Shown here one piece after another: positions 11,201-22,541 of a stretch of 37,330 nt of DNA. The notes beneath the pieces are model-generated. The model was not told where the DNA came from, ran no database searches, and worked only from the letters and a program-made list of their open reading frames with translations. The translations under genes and the position numbers were made by a program. Source of the stretch: Nemertoderma westbladi (Eukaryota; Animalia; Xenacoelomorpha); the NCBI GenBank assembly GCA_032718475.1, contig JAUCBJ010000285.1, positions 1 through 37,330 on the forward strand, in the 5' to 3' direction. The number at the start of each line of letters is the position of its first letter. Position 1 is the stretch's first letter.

Positions 11201-13955
11201 GCGCGATGGGTGAAGCACTAATACCAACTGGCGTGCGATATGTAGAGAACGGTTTAGCGATCCGTGTACTTGTAATAGCTGGACCGGGTATAGGAATTCT
11301 GGTCGTCGTCAACTCGCGTATAGTCGGAGTTCTCGCCTCCTGTTCGGCCTTCTGCAGTGCAAACAGTTCTCGCAACTCAGTACCTACACTCGCCCCACAT
11401 TCTTCGATCATTCGCATTCCCTTCTCGGCGATTTCATTCGCCTTCCTGGTCCGTTCTTCGCTCTCTAAGTTTAGTTCCTTGCGCTCGCGTTAGAGTTGAA
11501 GCTCGCATTTCTTCTGTTCACGCTCGAGTTCCTTCTGTTCGCGTTCGAGTTGAAGCTCACGTTCCTTCTGTTTGCGTTCGAGTTGAAGCTCATGTTCCTT
11601 CTGTTTGCGTTCGAGTTGAAGCTCGCGTTCCTTCTGTTTGCGTTCCGCTCGTTCACGCTTACTTATGTCCTCCAACTCTCGTAGCTCTGCATCCAGTGTG
11701 CGCTCCCGTTCCCGCTCGGCCTCCTTCCGTGCTTCCAATGCACGCAAAACTTCCGCCTGTTGTTCTTCCAGTCGGTGTCTTCTTTCCTCCGCCGAGTTGT
11801 GAGAAACAATGGACCTAGCGCACATAACTTTCCCTCGCGCGTGACTAACCTGGGAATCGCCACTGTCTCAAGATGCGTCGTCGGGTGGAGTTAACGTCCT
11901 CTGTCGGATATTGTCCGTCGTCGGTAGCACCTGGCCCGGTAACACCACTCCACTCTGCATCAGCCAGCTGGTAACTTCCCTCTGATACCTGCGCTCTTCT
12001 TTCGCTTGTGTCCTTCTGGGCTCCTCCCGGAGGCGCACCCATGAGGCGGACACCTTTCTACGGAGGGTGGCCCGATGCTTCCTGGGTTCTGTTTTCGGTC
12101 CCCCGATCACACCGGCACAGCTCGTCGAATGTGTAGCCAGATGGGCGGCTACTGTCAACTCACTGTGGCCTGACTGTACATTGAGCCAACTCAAAGTATA
12201 ACAAAGAGTCAACCGGCAGGTAGACCAGTCGATAGCGATCGAGCATCAAGGTCGCCCTTGGGCCTAACCGACGGTCTTGTCCCGAGCGGGCTTGCGCTAC
12301 CCAACATGGAATATTGACACGTTTTCACCTGCCTCACCGGCAGTATTGAGGGGACACCATTCCACAACAATACTGACTAGCTCGAAAGCTAGGAACAAGT
12401 AACCACTTACCAGTCACTGTACACGTGTACTCAACAGATGTTCACAATATCAAGTACACTACGGTAAACACAAAATCGGACACATACCATGCACACACAG
12501 AAGACATAATTGGAAGGACAAAATCGGTGTCAAAATCAGGAGGGACTAGTTGTATCGACTATAGACATCGCGAAAAGAAAGTCGAGAGTCGAGAGTTTAT
12601 TTTACCGTCAGGGCAAAATAACTTGTGTGTACAAAGCATGCTGGGGCGCAGTAAAGTATGGTCCTACTAATACCAGCAGCATCTGGACCATCCGGCAAGG
12701 TTTCCCACACTCACTCACAGTGGCCATACATACAATCACGTGTACTCACGCACCCACAGTGACAAAGCTCATCTCAGACACAAACACACCCAAAGACCAA
12801 TCAGCTGAACATGGAGACAATAACATATAGTATCAAAAAAGCGGAACAGCTGTCGGTCAATGGCACACATCCAAGCCCCAAAGCTAACTGTCACTGGTCG
12901 CCCACATACAAATCACAGTTCACACCACATGAACCACAAATCACGCCATGCCACCACCCATACTGTGTACAGGACTGGTAGTACGGCAACAGGCCGACTA
13001 GATGGTACCACGGCACCATGTCGATTCATGGTTCGCTAGACACAAGGGCCTTCAGTATCTCCCTTGCACTTAGAGACAATTTAACGTGCCCCCAGACCCT
13101 CGCGAGTCTGCCGCCGCCTGCTCAAGACACCCCTATAGAGACCTCATCTCTTTAGGTATCTTGCGTCTCTTCCCGCTCCACTAAGTTTCTCGACTCTGCG
13201 TCACTCACCTGAGTCGCCTGCGCTTGTGATGCCCATAGCAACCAGTTCTCCGTCCTAACTCGTCGAAATCGCTCCAATAACGCGCGGTGCTCCAACAAGG
13301 CTGCCAAAACCCTGTCGTAAACCCTCATCGCCACGTCGCTCGACTGAGAGTCCACTGCTCTCTTCGCTAGGACTGCAAGCTCCTCTGTCTGCTTGAACAA
13401 TGCTGAGTAGTATCCCCTTCTAATCTCTACTAACCCTTCCCTTCCGATGTTACCAGAGTTGGCTAGCATCTTTCTTACCTTATCCGCCGTCCGAGTTATA
13501 TGTCCGGCATGCGCGCGAAGTTTCTTCTTTATCGCTATGTCTAGTTCTCTCTCGCTTACCTGACTCACACTCGGTGGACTTGAAGGATTATTTCGGGAAC
13601 TACGGGTACTCCTTATAGCCGCTGGGACCACGGCACTTACCATACCCACAGTTCTGGAAACTGGGCTCCGGGCTTTCGCTTCTGCTACACTACTCTCCCT
13701 ATCACTCACCTCTGGCCGGGCTGCTGTACAATCCTTCCTTACAGTAGTGGTAGGGGATCCTAATACTATTACTTGAGGTCCTTGTTCTTCCTCACTAGTT
13801 ACTGTCTCGTCCTCCTGTTCACTTACGTCAGCGTCGCTTGCTGCGTCGTCATAGTCGGCATTGTCATCGACAGTTATATTAACGCTATCATCAGTCAGCG
13901 GTCCAGCCGCCGTCTCATAGCTGTCTTATAGTGCCTCCTTCTCTGAGACACTCAT
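8278..13955 (-). pseudogene. Decayed BEL/Pao element B gag-protease region
   Basis: ATG 13955 with an early stop, then LRAHAGHITRT (13152-13709). ORFs 11868-12212, 11490-11825 and 9399-11417 share one frame split by nonsense codons. Gag core QKFMGNHRHW...AMKTLSDLYGN; knuckles CQFC..H..C, CWACLAPGHVRRQC, then a frameshift to CMECGRLHHKLLH; degenerate protease MLDIAS; further frameshifts near 8983 and 8474; cut by the LINE at 8277. Confidence 0.85.
11490..11650 (-). repeat. 33-bp coding tandem repeat (ERKQKERELQL) in gag B
   Basis: About 4 copies of GAGTTGAAGCTC..GTTCCTTCTGTTTGCGTTC encoding an E/R/K/Q coiled coil. Confidence 0.85.
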
Positions 13956-16900
13956 AGTCTAAGTAATATTTTGCCTTCCAGCTAAAATCTCGCAAAAAAT
14001 TCGAGATATATATATAATTTAATCGAAAATACGGTTAAATTATTTGTCAAATTATTGGTTGGTCCCAAAATGTCAAATAAATTCGCAATACAATATTGCG
14101 AATTTAATAGGATATAGTTATAGCAAATACCAGTATAATATTTAAACAAAATATTATTCTATAGCTATTATATAGCATTTAAATACCGGTATGACACAAA
14201 ATAATTTCTGAATCTAATTCAAAATATTCAAAAATGAACTTGCCACCCAAATATTTCTAATTTTACATATATAGCTCTAATCAACGCAATTCTAATTTCA
14301 AATATTATATGTATCCACTAGCGCGTGGCTACACCACTCTCTCTCTCTCTCTCTAACTTGAGCGATTCAAAAAACCATGGCCGGCTAAACCTAACTATCC
14401 TAACTAATAAATTGAGTTCAGCTTCGCAGTTAAACAACCGGTAATTTTTCACTGCTTCCACAAATACAATGGTGCCAACAGAACAACTAACCTTGTTTGC
14501 TGTGAGATTCCACGTCCGCGTCCAAAGTTTCAGGCTCTTCGCTGATTGCAAACCGAACCCGCAGACCCACACGAACCCCAAACTCAGAAGCTCCGTCTTG
14601 CCATGTATCTCCAGATGGTATAAAACAACTAAGCGGTTATCTAACATACCAGTACAAAACTCTAGATTTTATTACAAAATAATTTTGACCAAAACTGAAT
14701 TCTCACAAACCTAGCTAAAATTTTCAAAAAACTTACTAATTACAGTTTGCCCTAATAGCCTAATGAACTGCTGTATTTGCGATTAGTAAACGCACTACCG
14801 TACATACACTGTTACGCAGTACGGTAAGTAAAATAGTACACCAGCCTAACAGCCTAATGAATACTGTATGTGGAACAGCAAAACAAATATCTTTTCTACC
14901 GTACACAGTAACAGCAAATCAGCCTAATTCACCACTGTACTACTGTATTGCGACTAATGAATACTGTAATCTAACTTAACAGCCTAAAGAATACACTCTT
15001 TACTGTTGCAAGCAACAGCAAATATCACGTGCTTTACTGTTAAACTAGCCACCCCTGTACTAACTGCAGAACTGTCAAAGACATACAAAGACGACGTGCT
15101 TTACTGTTAAACAGGGGTGATCAGGAGCATGCTATTACTACTGTAGGGCTGCTAAATACAAAACCGCTACTTACCGTTGGATTGCGCTAACCTGCCATCC
15201 GCTAATATATTTTACTAATTTTCTACGGCTCCTGCAAATCGCTTGTTCCTTTCTCTACCGATCGCTCGATAGAGAGCTAACTGTTCGAATATATGAGCCA
15301 CGCGGGAATAACCAAAACAATAAACCCGAATCGGCTCCCTAAGCTACTTAAAACGAGTGTGAGAGGCTTTACACTCAGAGTATATTCTTATGGCCTAATC
15401 TTACTGCTAAAACGCGCTAATAACCACGTCCTTTCTAATCGCAAATACTGGGGTTCCCTAACGGAATATGTGAATGTGAGAATATTTAAATAATCAAAAA
15501 AGGTGCAGTGTCTTATCAGGGACTAATACCTACTATAGGTCTAAACTTGCCTTCGGCTGGCTTTAGGCCAGCAATTTACTACTGCGTTCTGCGTACTGGA
15601 TACTGCGATCTAACTTATTGCCTGCTAATTTCAAATAACCGCCCAGCGTGAATAGTTTACGGTACTCCAAATTATTACCTTAACTACTCTCCGCTATGCT
15701 GCGTACAAATTCTTAATTTTACTAATTAATTACAGTCACAAATATGAAACAGCGTACTAATTACTAAGTGTTCCAGAATGCGTTATTCTAGTTTATTACA
15801 CAACGGGTTGCACTAGTAACAGCCTAAATACTGTATTATTTTCGACCTAATCAGTAATTATTTATCGTAAACTAAGAAATAGAAATCAATCAAAGGAAAA
15901 AGGGCGCCTATCTAAGCATTCATGATTTATTAGGCACACTTTAGCAACACACCAATCAGCGTAACAATCAATAATTAATACTTACCAATTATAGTTCCTA
16001 ATGTACAATTCACAATCAGCAGTCAGCAATTCACAGTTCACAACTTGCAATCTACAGTTCGCAACGTAGTTTGCGACGCAGTCTACAATGCAGTTCGCAA
16101 TGTAAAGCACGAAGGCCTCTCCCGGGTACATCTAGGCTTCCTAACTAACCCGATTCCTGCCCCCCTAATACTACAAAATAGAGACAAAATCTGGATCATC
16201 AGCCCCTTAATTACTGTACCAGCGAGCTGTCTTCTCTCTACACTGCTAACTTCCCGCCCGTAACGGTGACCCCCGCCAGCGTTGCTTGCCTTTGAATCCT
16301 CCGCACTCCCTTTGTCGCTAACTCCCCGATGCGCCCGCCGCGCCTACCGGTACCTCAGCCCTCCATCTAATGGGTAGCTACCGTAACAGCGCATGCAATC
16401 ACAAAGTGTGACAGTCTAAGGAAATCTCGTGGGATTATTGCATCTAAAAGAATTACATAGAACCATTAACTAAAGGGTAGAAATCATAGTTCCGATTGTA
16501 ATTAGCAGTAATCATTGGGATCGAATTGAGAAACACACCAAGAAATCAGTAGAAATTACAAATTAGCGAATTATTGCAAGAAATAATTGAAAAACAGAAA
16601 ATATGCAAAATACAGAATAATTCAGTACAGCAGAATAGTGAGAGATAGATTACAATAATTACGATTACAAAGCACATACCGGAAATACCGCCAATTTATA
16701 GGTGATTCACGAAGGATGATGCAATAGTTATCTGATTGGCTCCCCAATCCGCGCTACCATTAGACCAACCTGGAAGCAGTTAGGCCAATAAGGAAGCCGG
16801 ATTGTGAACCAATTGCTCCCCGAAATCACAAATCGTCACCATATATGGTAATTTTGGCGATGCTTAATTTAGCGGTACTAATAATATGATACATAGAAAT

Positions 16901-16998
16901 TAATTTAGCGCAAATATAAAGAAAATTAAAACCAATGCACAGCTAGTCCTATTGAGGCTAATAACAGCAAGCTTATATCAAGGGTTTCATAGGAAACT

Positions 16999-17190
16999 TG
17001 TTACCCTGGAACTATTTACTTATATTTATTCCAAAATTACCTAGGTAGGACTACATACTGTATAAAATGGATAAATTCAAATATGGGCGTTTTACTTTCC
17101 TTATCTAAATATGATTGCGCGTCTTTATGGCTTATCTAATAATTATACTGTATAACGACTAATATAGGTACAGCGCCATATATCGTAACA
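16999..17190. repeat. Possible short LTR (candidate 5' LTR of element B)
   Basis: Only the inverted termini TGTTAC...GTAACA; no second copy, PBS or TSD seen. Confidence 0.2.
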
Positions 17191-17438
17191 GGCGGTGTAG
17201 AGAATAATATGATATTAGACCTTATATTGCCAATTAATGTGTTTGGTAAGTACAGTTCACTAATCCACACTATGTACTTACAGCTGATTTACACATTATA
17301 CATTCCGTACTCCTATATCTGTTGTACTTATTGTGAGTAACATATCTTTACCCATAATTACATCAATATATTGTACTTTGTTCATTTTAAATCAATAAAT
17401 GTTTTCATTTATGGATATCGCTTTCGCGTTATCCAATA

Positions 17439-17538
17439 GGCACTTCAAATATTGAAAAATACGAGATTCGGAAAATAAGCAAAGTTGAGATTTCAACGCA
17501 CATTTATAGGTTTTCTGGACCGCTGAATCAATTGAAAG
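17439..17538 (-). repeat. Left part of an inverted ~175-bp satellite-like unit split by element C
   Basis: Joined to 28606-28670, its reverse complement matches the units at 28690-29036 (ACTTTCAAT.GATT.AGCGG.CCAGA.AACC.ATAAA..TG.GTTGAAAT). Confidence 0.8.
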
Positions 17539-18527
17539 TGTTGCCGTTATTCCTACACCAGGGGGGAAAAACGCCGATGCTGGAGACGTGACTTAACAGA
17601 CCACCGAGCCCCGGCCAGTCACCGGATATTGATTGTGGGGAGGGAATATTTTCTAAGATGCAAGTTTGCGGTTGAGAAAAGCTGCATTAGTTGGATATAC
17701 TCTTTAATGTAACTGAACTCTGTTGAACCTTGTTCAACAATATTGAAACTTGATTAAGAATAATTTTGGGCTTCCCCAAATCAATATACACCAAATATTC
17801 ACAATAATTATACACGATAATATAAATCCCTACGGTATATTATTTAATAACCCACTGTTCGCTCAGAATTTTAGCCTACCTAATGTTCCTCAGATTTTCC
17901 CTCAGTCCCAGTCTTAGTACCGTAGTGTCGGTGTCGGTCGACCCTTTCGCATGTCCGTCCCACCCCTCACGAACCCCGAAGGGATTGGTCATCGAGAACC
18001 AGTACGGCTTAGGTCAGGGGGCAGTCGTTAGTTGGCCACCTGTTCACGTGTCCGCTCCACCCCTCACGAACCCCGGGGTTCGATCATCGAGAACCAGAAC
18101 GGCTTGGCTACTAAGGGGCCGTCGGTGCCCGTCGCAAATCCCTGACACAAGCAGTCAGCGTTCCGAGTTCTTTTCAGTCTCGTAGTAGCTGCCGTTGGCC
18201 AGGGACCGCTAAGGGCAGTCCTTGTCCTTTAGGCCTGGCGCATTACCAAATCCACCCCTACAGGCAGCAGGAAGTTGGCCAGGGCCTAATAGTACTCAGG
18301 CTAACCTGAATACTGCTTGCATTTTCCATCCCCCCTGGCCCTTATAACTATGAAATTATTCCCGTACCCTGTAAGTTGCCCCAAAGTTCGCCCATAAATC
18401 GCCCCCAGTTTATTGAATGTGCCCAAAACCCATGGTCCCGCACCCAGTAGTAATATCGGAATAATCAATTTTAAATAAATACAAAAATATTCAACTCGCG
18501 TTATGGAAAGTTGAAATACCGCGAACA
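17539..18527 (-). repeat. 3' LTR of element C (989 bp)
   Basis: Direct repeat of 26994-28600 lacking 27401-28018; two substitutions noticed by eye (GATTGG/GATCGG, TTCACG/TTCGCG). Confidence 0.96.
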
Positions 18528-18536
18528 GTCCCCCCC
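18528..18536 (-). promoter_or_regulatory. Polypurine tract of element C
   Basis: Minus strand reads GGGGGGGAC immediately before the TGTTCGCGG LTR start, which fixes the element orientation. Confidence 0.85.
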
Positions 18537-18693
18537 AATGACCTTCGTGAAGTCTGTCGGTCGATTGAGTTTGCGTAGGTCATTCCCAATATAAAAAATC
18601 CCAAATTTAATATTGCATAGTTTTTAATTAATTTGGCCTAGAGTTTGTATAAAAATAAATGTTCGATAAATGTTCCTGGAATATCCCAATCCA

Positions 18694-21294
18694 TTATTTC
18701 TTTTTCTGGTACGCCTTTCGTCTCTTCGCCCTTCGACTCTCATCGATCGCTATGGCTGGTAGAGGAGCGTCAACATCCATTGTGAGTAACGCTTCGGCTT
18801 GTCTCCTGGCGGCTCTTCCTTTCGAAGGCAACGGTATCATGTCGGTTCGTCTTTCCAACTCGGAGTTGCGTGCCTCTAGGAACCATTCTCCGTCACCGAA
18901 CTCCTCTTTATACGAATATAATCGTCTAATAACTTCGAATGGACCGAATAATCCGGCGCTCAGTAGCAGATCCACGTAATGGAAGGGTAGCGAGGCCGAC
19001 GTGTGGAGGCGTTCCGGGAAGGAGAAATATCCGCACGCCATCTCCTGCGCGATATTCCGAGCGTTTCTCCGAAACTTGGTCTTTAAGTGGCTGTTTGCGT
19101 ATGTTTCAAACATGACCATATTTCCCATAGCGGTAACGTCTTTGGTTGGACATTTGATATAGCAGCGGGGGCTAGAGGAATGTCCACGGAAACCGCACGT
19201 GGTGCAGAGGTTATAAAGAATCGGGCAGACGGAAACGTCGTGGCCCGATGTCGCGCAGTATGGGCAATAGAGTATCCCGAGGAGCTGGAGGCATGAATCG
19301 GTAACCCGATTCCTTCTGCTGCGTGGGCACTGCTCCGAACCGCAGTCGCCGCATACCTCCAACTGCATCTCTCGACCGGGGAATATCGGAATCGGGACGC
19401 CGGCGTAGTATTCGAGTCGTCGGTCGCTCTTCGGAATATTCTCGGTGGTCGGTAGCCCGCGGAATGCTGGGCTTTTGCGTAGTATGTTCTCGCTTCGATA
19501 ACCCTCTTTGTGTCCCGCTGGTCTCAGCTCGGACGACCGTTTCTGGCGGTGGATCCATTCAGTTTGCTCGGCGTACCAACGAGTTAGTCGCATAGGGTCC
19601 TGAGGAACGGCGGGTGTAGAAGCTACCGCTGGTCGGCGAAGGGGTGCCGGGGTTTTAGATGGAGGGATACCGAGGAGATCGTCGGGTGTCGGCGCATCGC
19701 TGGGGCCTTCCTCGACCAGTATCGCTGAGCGGGTCCGTTGTTGGCTGGTACTCGGAATCTCCGACGACCAATCTTCGCCGCCCGGGAAAGGATACGGGGA
19801 TAACCGTTGGCATATGTCGCCGAAGTCGCTCAATGCAGCCGTAGTGGCTACCTCTCTCGCGGGGCTACCGGAGCCGCGTGGGGTGTAGACGCCTGCTCTC
19901 TTCATCGGTTCGGCCGAGGCAACCCGTTTGGCGGCTGGTCCATACGCGGCCTCCGGCTCGAGTTGTCGCTTTGGGGTGGAGAGTAGAACACCCTCGTTTA
20001 GCCATATCTCTTCCCCTTCCGAGGAGATCAGAGGCTCCTCCGCACCGAGAAGTTCGGTAATCGTAGGGATGTCGTAAGGTCCGCTCTCGTCCCAGGAATC
20101 GATAACGGCGGGTGTTTTCGATTCTCCCGGTGTAATGTTCTCGACCGCTTTAAACGCATGGTTTATAACCTCGTTCCAATCGTAGTCGACGAAGGAAAGG
20201 GGGACCGCCGTAATAAGGTTATCGAGAGTTTTACAGATAAACTTAGCGACGGTGTAGCATTCCATAACGACGTAGATATAGCTCCGTCGATCGGGATTCT
20301 CCCACCTTTGGTGTATCGTCCACTTCCGATCGACGTCCTTCCATCGACCCTCTCGCTCGCTCTTTATCTCTAATCCCGGGTATCCGCCGTATATTTTATT
20401 ATAGTCCCGGAATTTCTGGGGTTTGAAGTCGATACCGCCGTTGAGCACAGCGAGGTAGCCGATCCCGGATTTCGTCGGTCTCACTTCTTGGAATCCTCGC
20501 ATGAACTCGGCGAATCGTAACCAGGCTAGCAGCGTTTGAGTGTCGATGCAATGGCTAAGTGCGTTGAGGTCGTTTCGTCGGTTTCTTCCTGCGGGAGCGT
20601 TCGCGTAGTCGTTCCGGACGTCCGCCTTGATATCCGACCCGATTTTAATGACGTCGAAGTCGAAGAGGATCTTTTGGATATCCGGAGGCAGCAACCAGAT
20701 CGCTCCGGCTGCCTGCACTTCCTGTCTGGGTGTCAGGAATATTCGGCACACCAGTACCAAACCGTCCAGGGTTCCGAGGACGACGACTAAGGATCGACCG
20801 TATTCTTTCGCCCCGTACTTTTCCTGGTAGTCGTCGCGGTTTTGGATAATCGATACGCGTTCCTCTCGAAGCGTCGCCGTACACTCCGACAGGTTTTCCC
20901 AGTGGGCGAGGTACGTACTCTTGTCGTCGACGAAACTTTGACATCTCGCCAACGTAATCGCTTTCGAGGTGGGCGTCGCGTTTCCCTCGTTGTCGTAGAT
21001 CAAACATCGGGATCTGTAGACGCTCTGCCGGAACGTTTCCCAAAACGACGAATCGTCCCCTCCGGTTGCCTTTGCGTTCCGAGTTCTTTTCAGTCTCGTA
21101 CTAGCATCGGCTAACCGGAGGGCTCGTAGATTCTTAGAATCCGGTCCCTCTCGCCCGGTGAATTTAACTTCTCGTACGTTCTCATTTAGCAGAATGCTCC
21201 ACTTTGTATCAAAGTCAGGGGATCCAGGTTGCGAATATTCCAGTAGATCTATCGTGTTACGTAATTCGCCGATAATTTGGCGATTTGGGTCCAT
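18694..21294 (-). CDS. Accessory 866-aa protein: degenerate DEDDy (WRN/RNase D-like) 3'-5' exonuclease-like domain, disordered linker, Cys/His zinc knuckles
   Basis: Intact ORF in the env position. LPPDIQKILFDFDVIKIGSDIKAD, CIDTQ, SGIGYLA and RWENP..YIYVVME resemble the WRN-type exonuclease pattern (by eye). C-terminal CGDCGSEQC, CPYCATSGHDVSVC, CTTCGFRGHSSSPRC; basic tail RRAKRRKAYQKKK. Confidence 0.75.
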   Translation of the reverse strand: MDPNRQIIGELRNTIDLLEYSQPGSPDFDTKWSILLNENVREVKFTGREGPDSKNLRALRLADASTRLKRTRNAKATGGDDSSFWETFRQSVYRSRCLIYDNEGNATPTSKAITLARCQSFVDDKSTYLAHWENLSECTATLREERVSIIQNRDDYQEKYGAKEYGRSLVVVLGTLDGLVLVCRIFLTPRQEVQAAGAIWLLPPDIQKILFDFDVIKIGSDIKADVRNDYANAPAGRNRRNDLNALSHCIDTQTLLAWLRFAEFMRGFQEVRPTKSGIGYLAVLNGGIDFKPQKFRDYNKIYGGYPGLEIKSEREGRWKDVDRKWTIHQRWENPDRRSYIYVVMECYTVAKFICKTLDNLITAVPLSFVDYDWNEVINHAFKAVENITPGESKTPAVIDSWDESGPYDIPTITELLGAEEPLISSEGEEIWLNEGVLLSTPKRQLEPEAAYGPAAKRVASAEPMKRAGVYTPRGSGSPAREVATTAALSDFGDICQRLSPYPFPGGEDWSSEIPSTSQQRTRSAILVEEGPSDAPTPDDLLGIPPSKTPAPLRRPAVASTPAVPQDPMRLTRWYAEQTEWIHRQKRSSELRPAGHKEGYRSENILRKSPAFRGLPTTENIPKSDRRLEYYAGVPIPIFPGREMQLEVCGDCGSEQCPRSRRNRVTDSCLQLLGILYCPYCATSGHDVSVCPILYNLCTTCGFRGHSSSPRCYIKCPTKDVTAMGNMVMFETYANSHLKTKFRRNARNIAQEMACGYFSFPERLHTSASLPFHYVDLLLSAGLFGPFEVIRRLYSYKEEFGDGEWFLEARNSELERRTDMIPLPSKGRAARRQAEALLTMDVDAPLPAIAIDESRRAKRRKAYQKKK

Positions 21295-21851
21295 ATTTAC
21301 GATTATATCCGTTACAAATTAGATCAGTTAATTATAAGTCCAGAAAGTCTGAAACTATAGCGATAGCAGAATAATTCAGTTTTTTTTATTTAATTCAGTT
21401 TATTAAATAACATTGCTATATAGACATCTATCATCTTATTGCTAATACATTCAGCATTTACAGTTACTATAGCTATACATAATATCCAACCAGTTTTTTA
21501 TGACTTTTTTGTCCTTTTTTTTCCAATTCTTTTCTTTGACCTCTTTTATACCTTTTTTTTGTCTTTTTTCATTTCATTATTATTTCATCTCATTTCATTT
21601 ATTTCCACATATATTTCAACACATTTAGTTCCACCATTTATTTCACATTTATTTATTTCCACATCATCATTGGGTTTATAGCCCCCCGGCTATCATCATT
21701 TGTTATAAGCGCAGCACCAGGGTGCGCATCATTTCATTTTCATCAGTATACGCGTCATCATTCAGGTTTATAGTAGAGTTGTCTGATCCTTTTCATCGTT
21801 TCCAACTATATTCAATCATTTTCTTTGGTTAATCTTTGTCGTGGAAGGGGT

Positions 21852-22262
21852 GTTACGCGTCAATCTGGGATCTACAGCTGGACTCGTTACACCGCCTACG
21901 CCCCAAACTGCGCACGTAACGGACAATGAAGACGCTAGGAGTGAAGTCACGTGGGTGCACCAGGGACCCACCAGAATAACACTCCCAACAACATAAAGCT
22001 CAGTCGACGAAGTCATGTGGGATGGGGTTACGCAACATTCTGGGATCTACAGCTGGACTCGTTACACCGCCTACGCCCCAAAATCCACGCAACGGTCCCA
22101 CCAGAATAACGCGACTGAGAAACATAAAACCCTCTATCGTCGAAGTCATGTGGATGCACCATGGACCCACCAGAATAACGGGATAGAGGGGGTGTTGCGC
22201 GGCAATCCGGGATCTACAGCTGGACTCGTTACACCGCCTACGCCCCGAACTGCGCACGCAAC
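21852..22262 (-). ncRNA. Cluster of six predicted structured RNA modules (two families, three copies each)
   Basis: An invariant 38-mer at 21867, 22042 and 22209, and a second motif at 21938, 21999 and 22130, each closed by complementary arms that differ between copies. Confidence 0.65.
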
Positions 22263-22541
22263 GGACAACATAACATACTGCAATGAATACAATGAATTCC
22301 ACTTCAAATCTTTTCCATTTCCAATAATCCAATATCATTGGTCCCGATGACCAAAATCAGGGTAAACAATACATAAACGACCCTGCGTCAGTCGAAACAT
22401 CTGCAGGGTGATGCTGGACTCCACATAACACACGAGGAAACACAAATACCATTGCGTGGTTACAGTTGGTTTAAGGGGGGTCCATAACTCGTTGTCGATA
22501 AATCACAGTTTTTAAGAGTTTGTCAACATGATGAGAAGGGT

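Noticed and set aside
17883-18185. LTR ORFs 17883-18185, 28007-28258, 27331-27513
   Set aside because: They cross the hairpin array, differ between the LTRs and have no protein motifs.
18694-21294. Envelope glycoprotein, or Nanos homologue
   Set aside because: No signal peptide or TM anchor; CPILYNLCTTC is Nanos-like, but the overall Cys/His spacing fits retroviral-type knuckles better.
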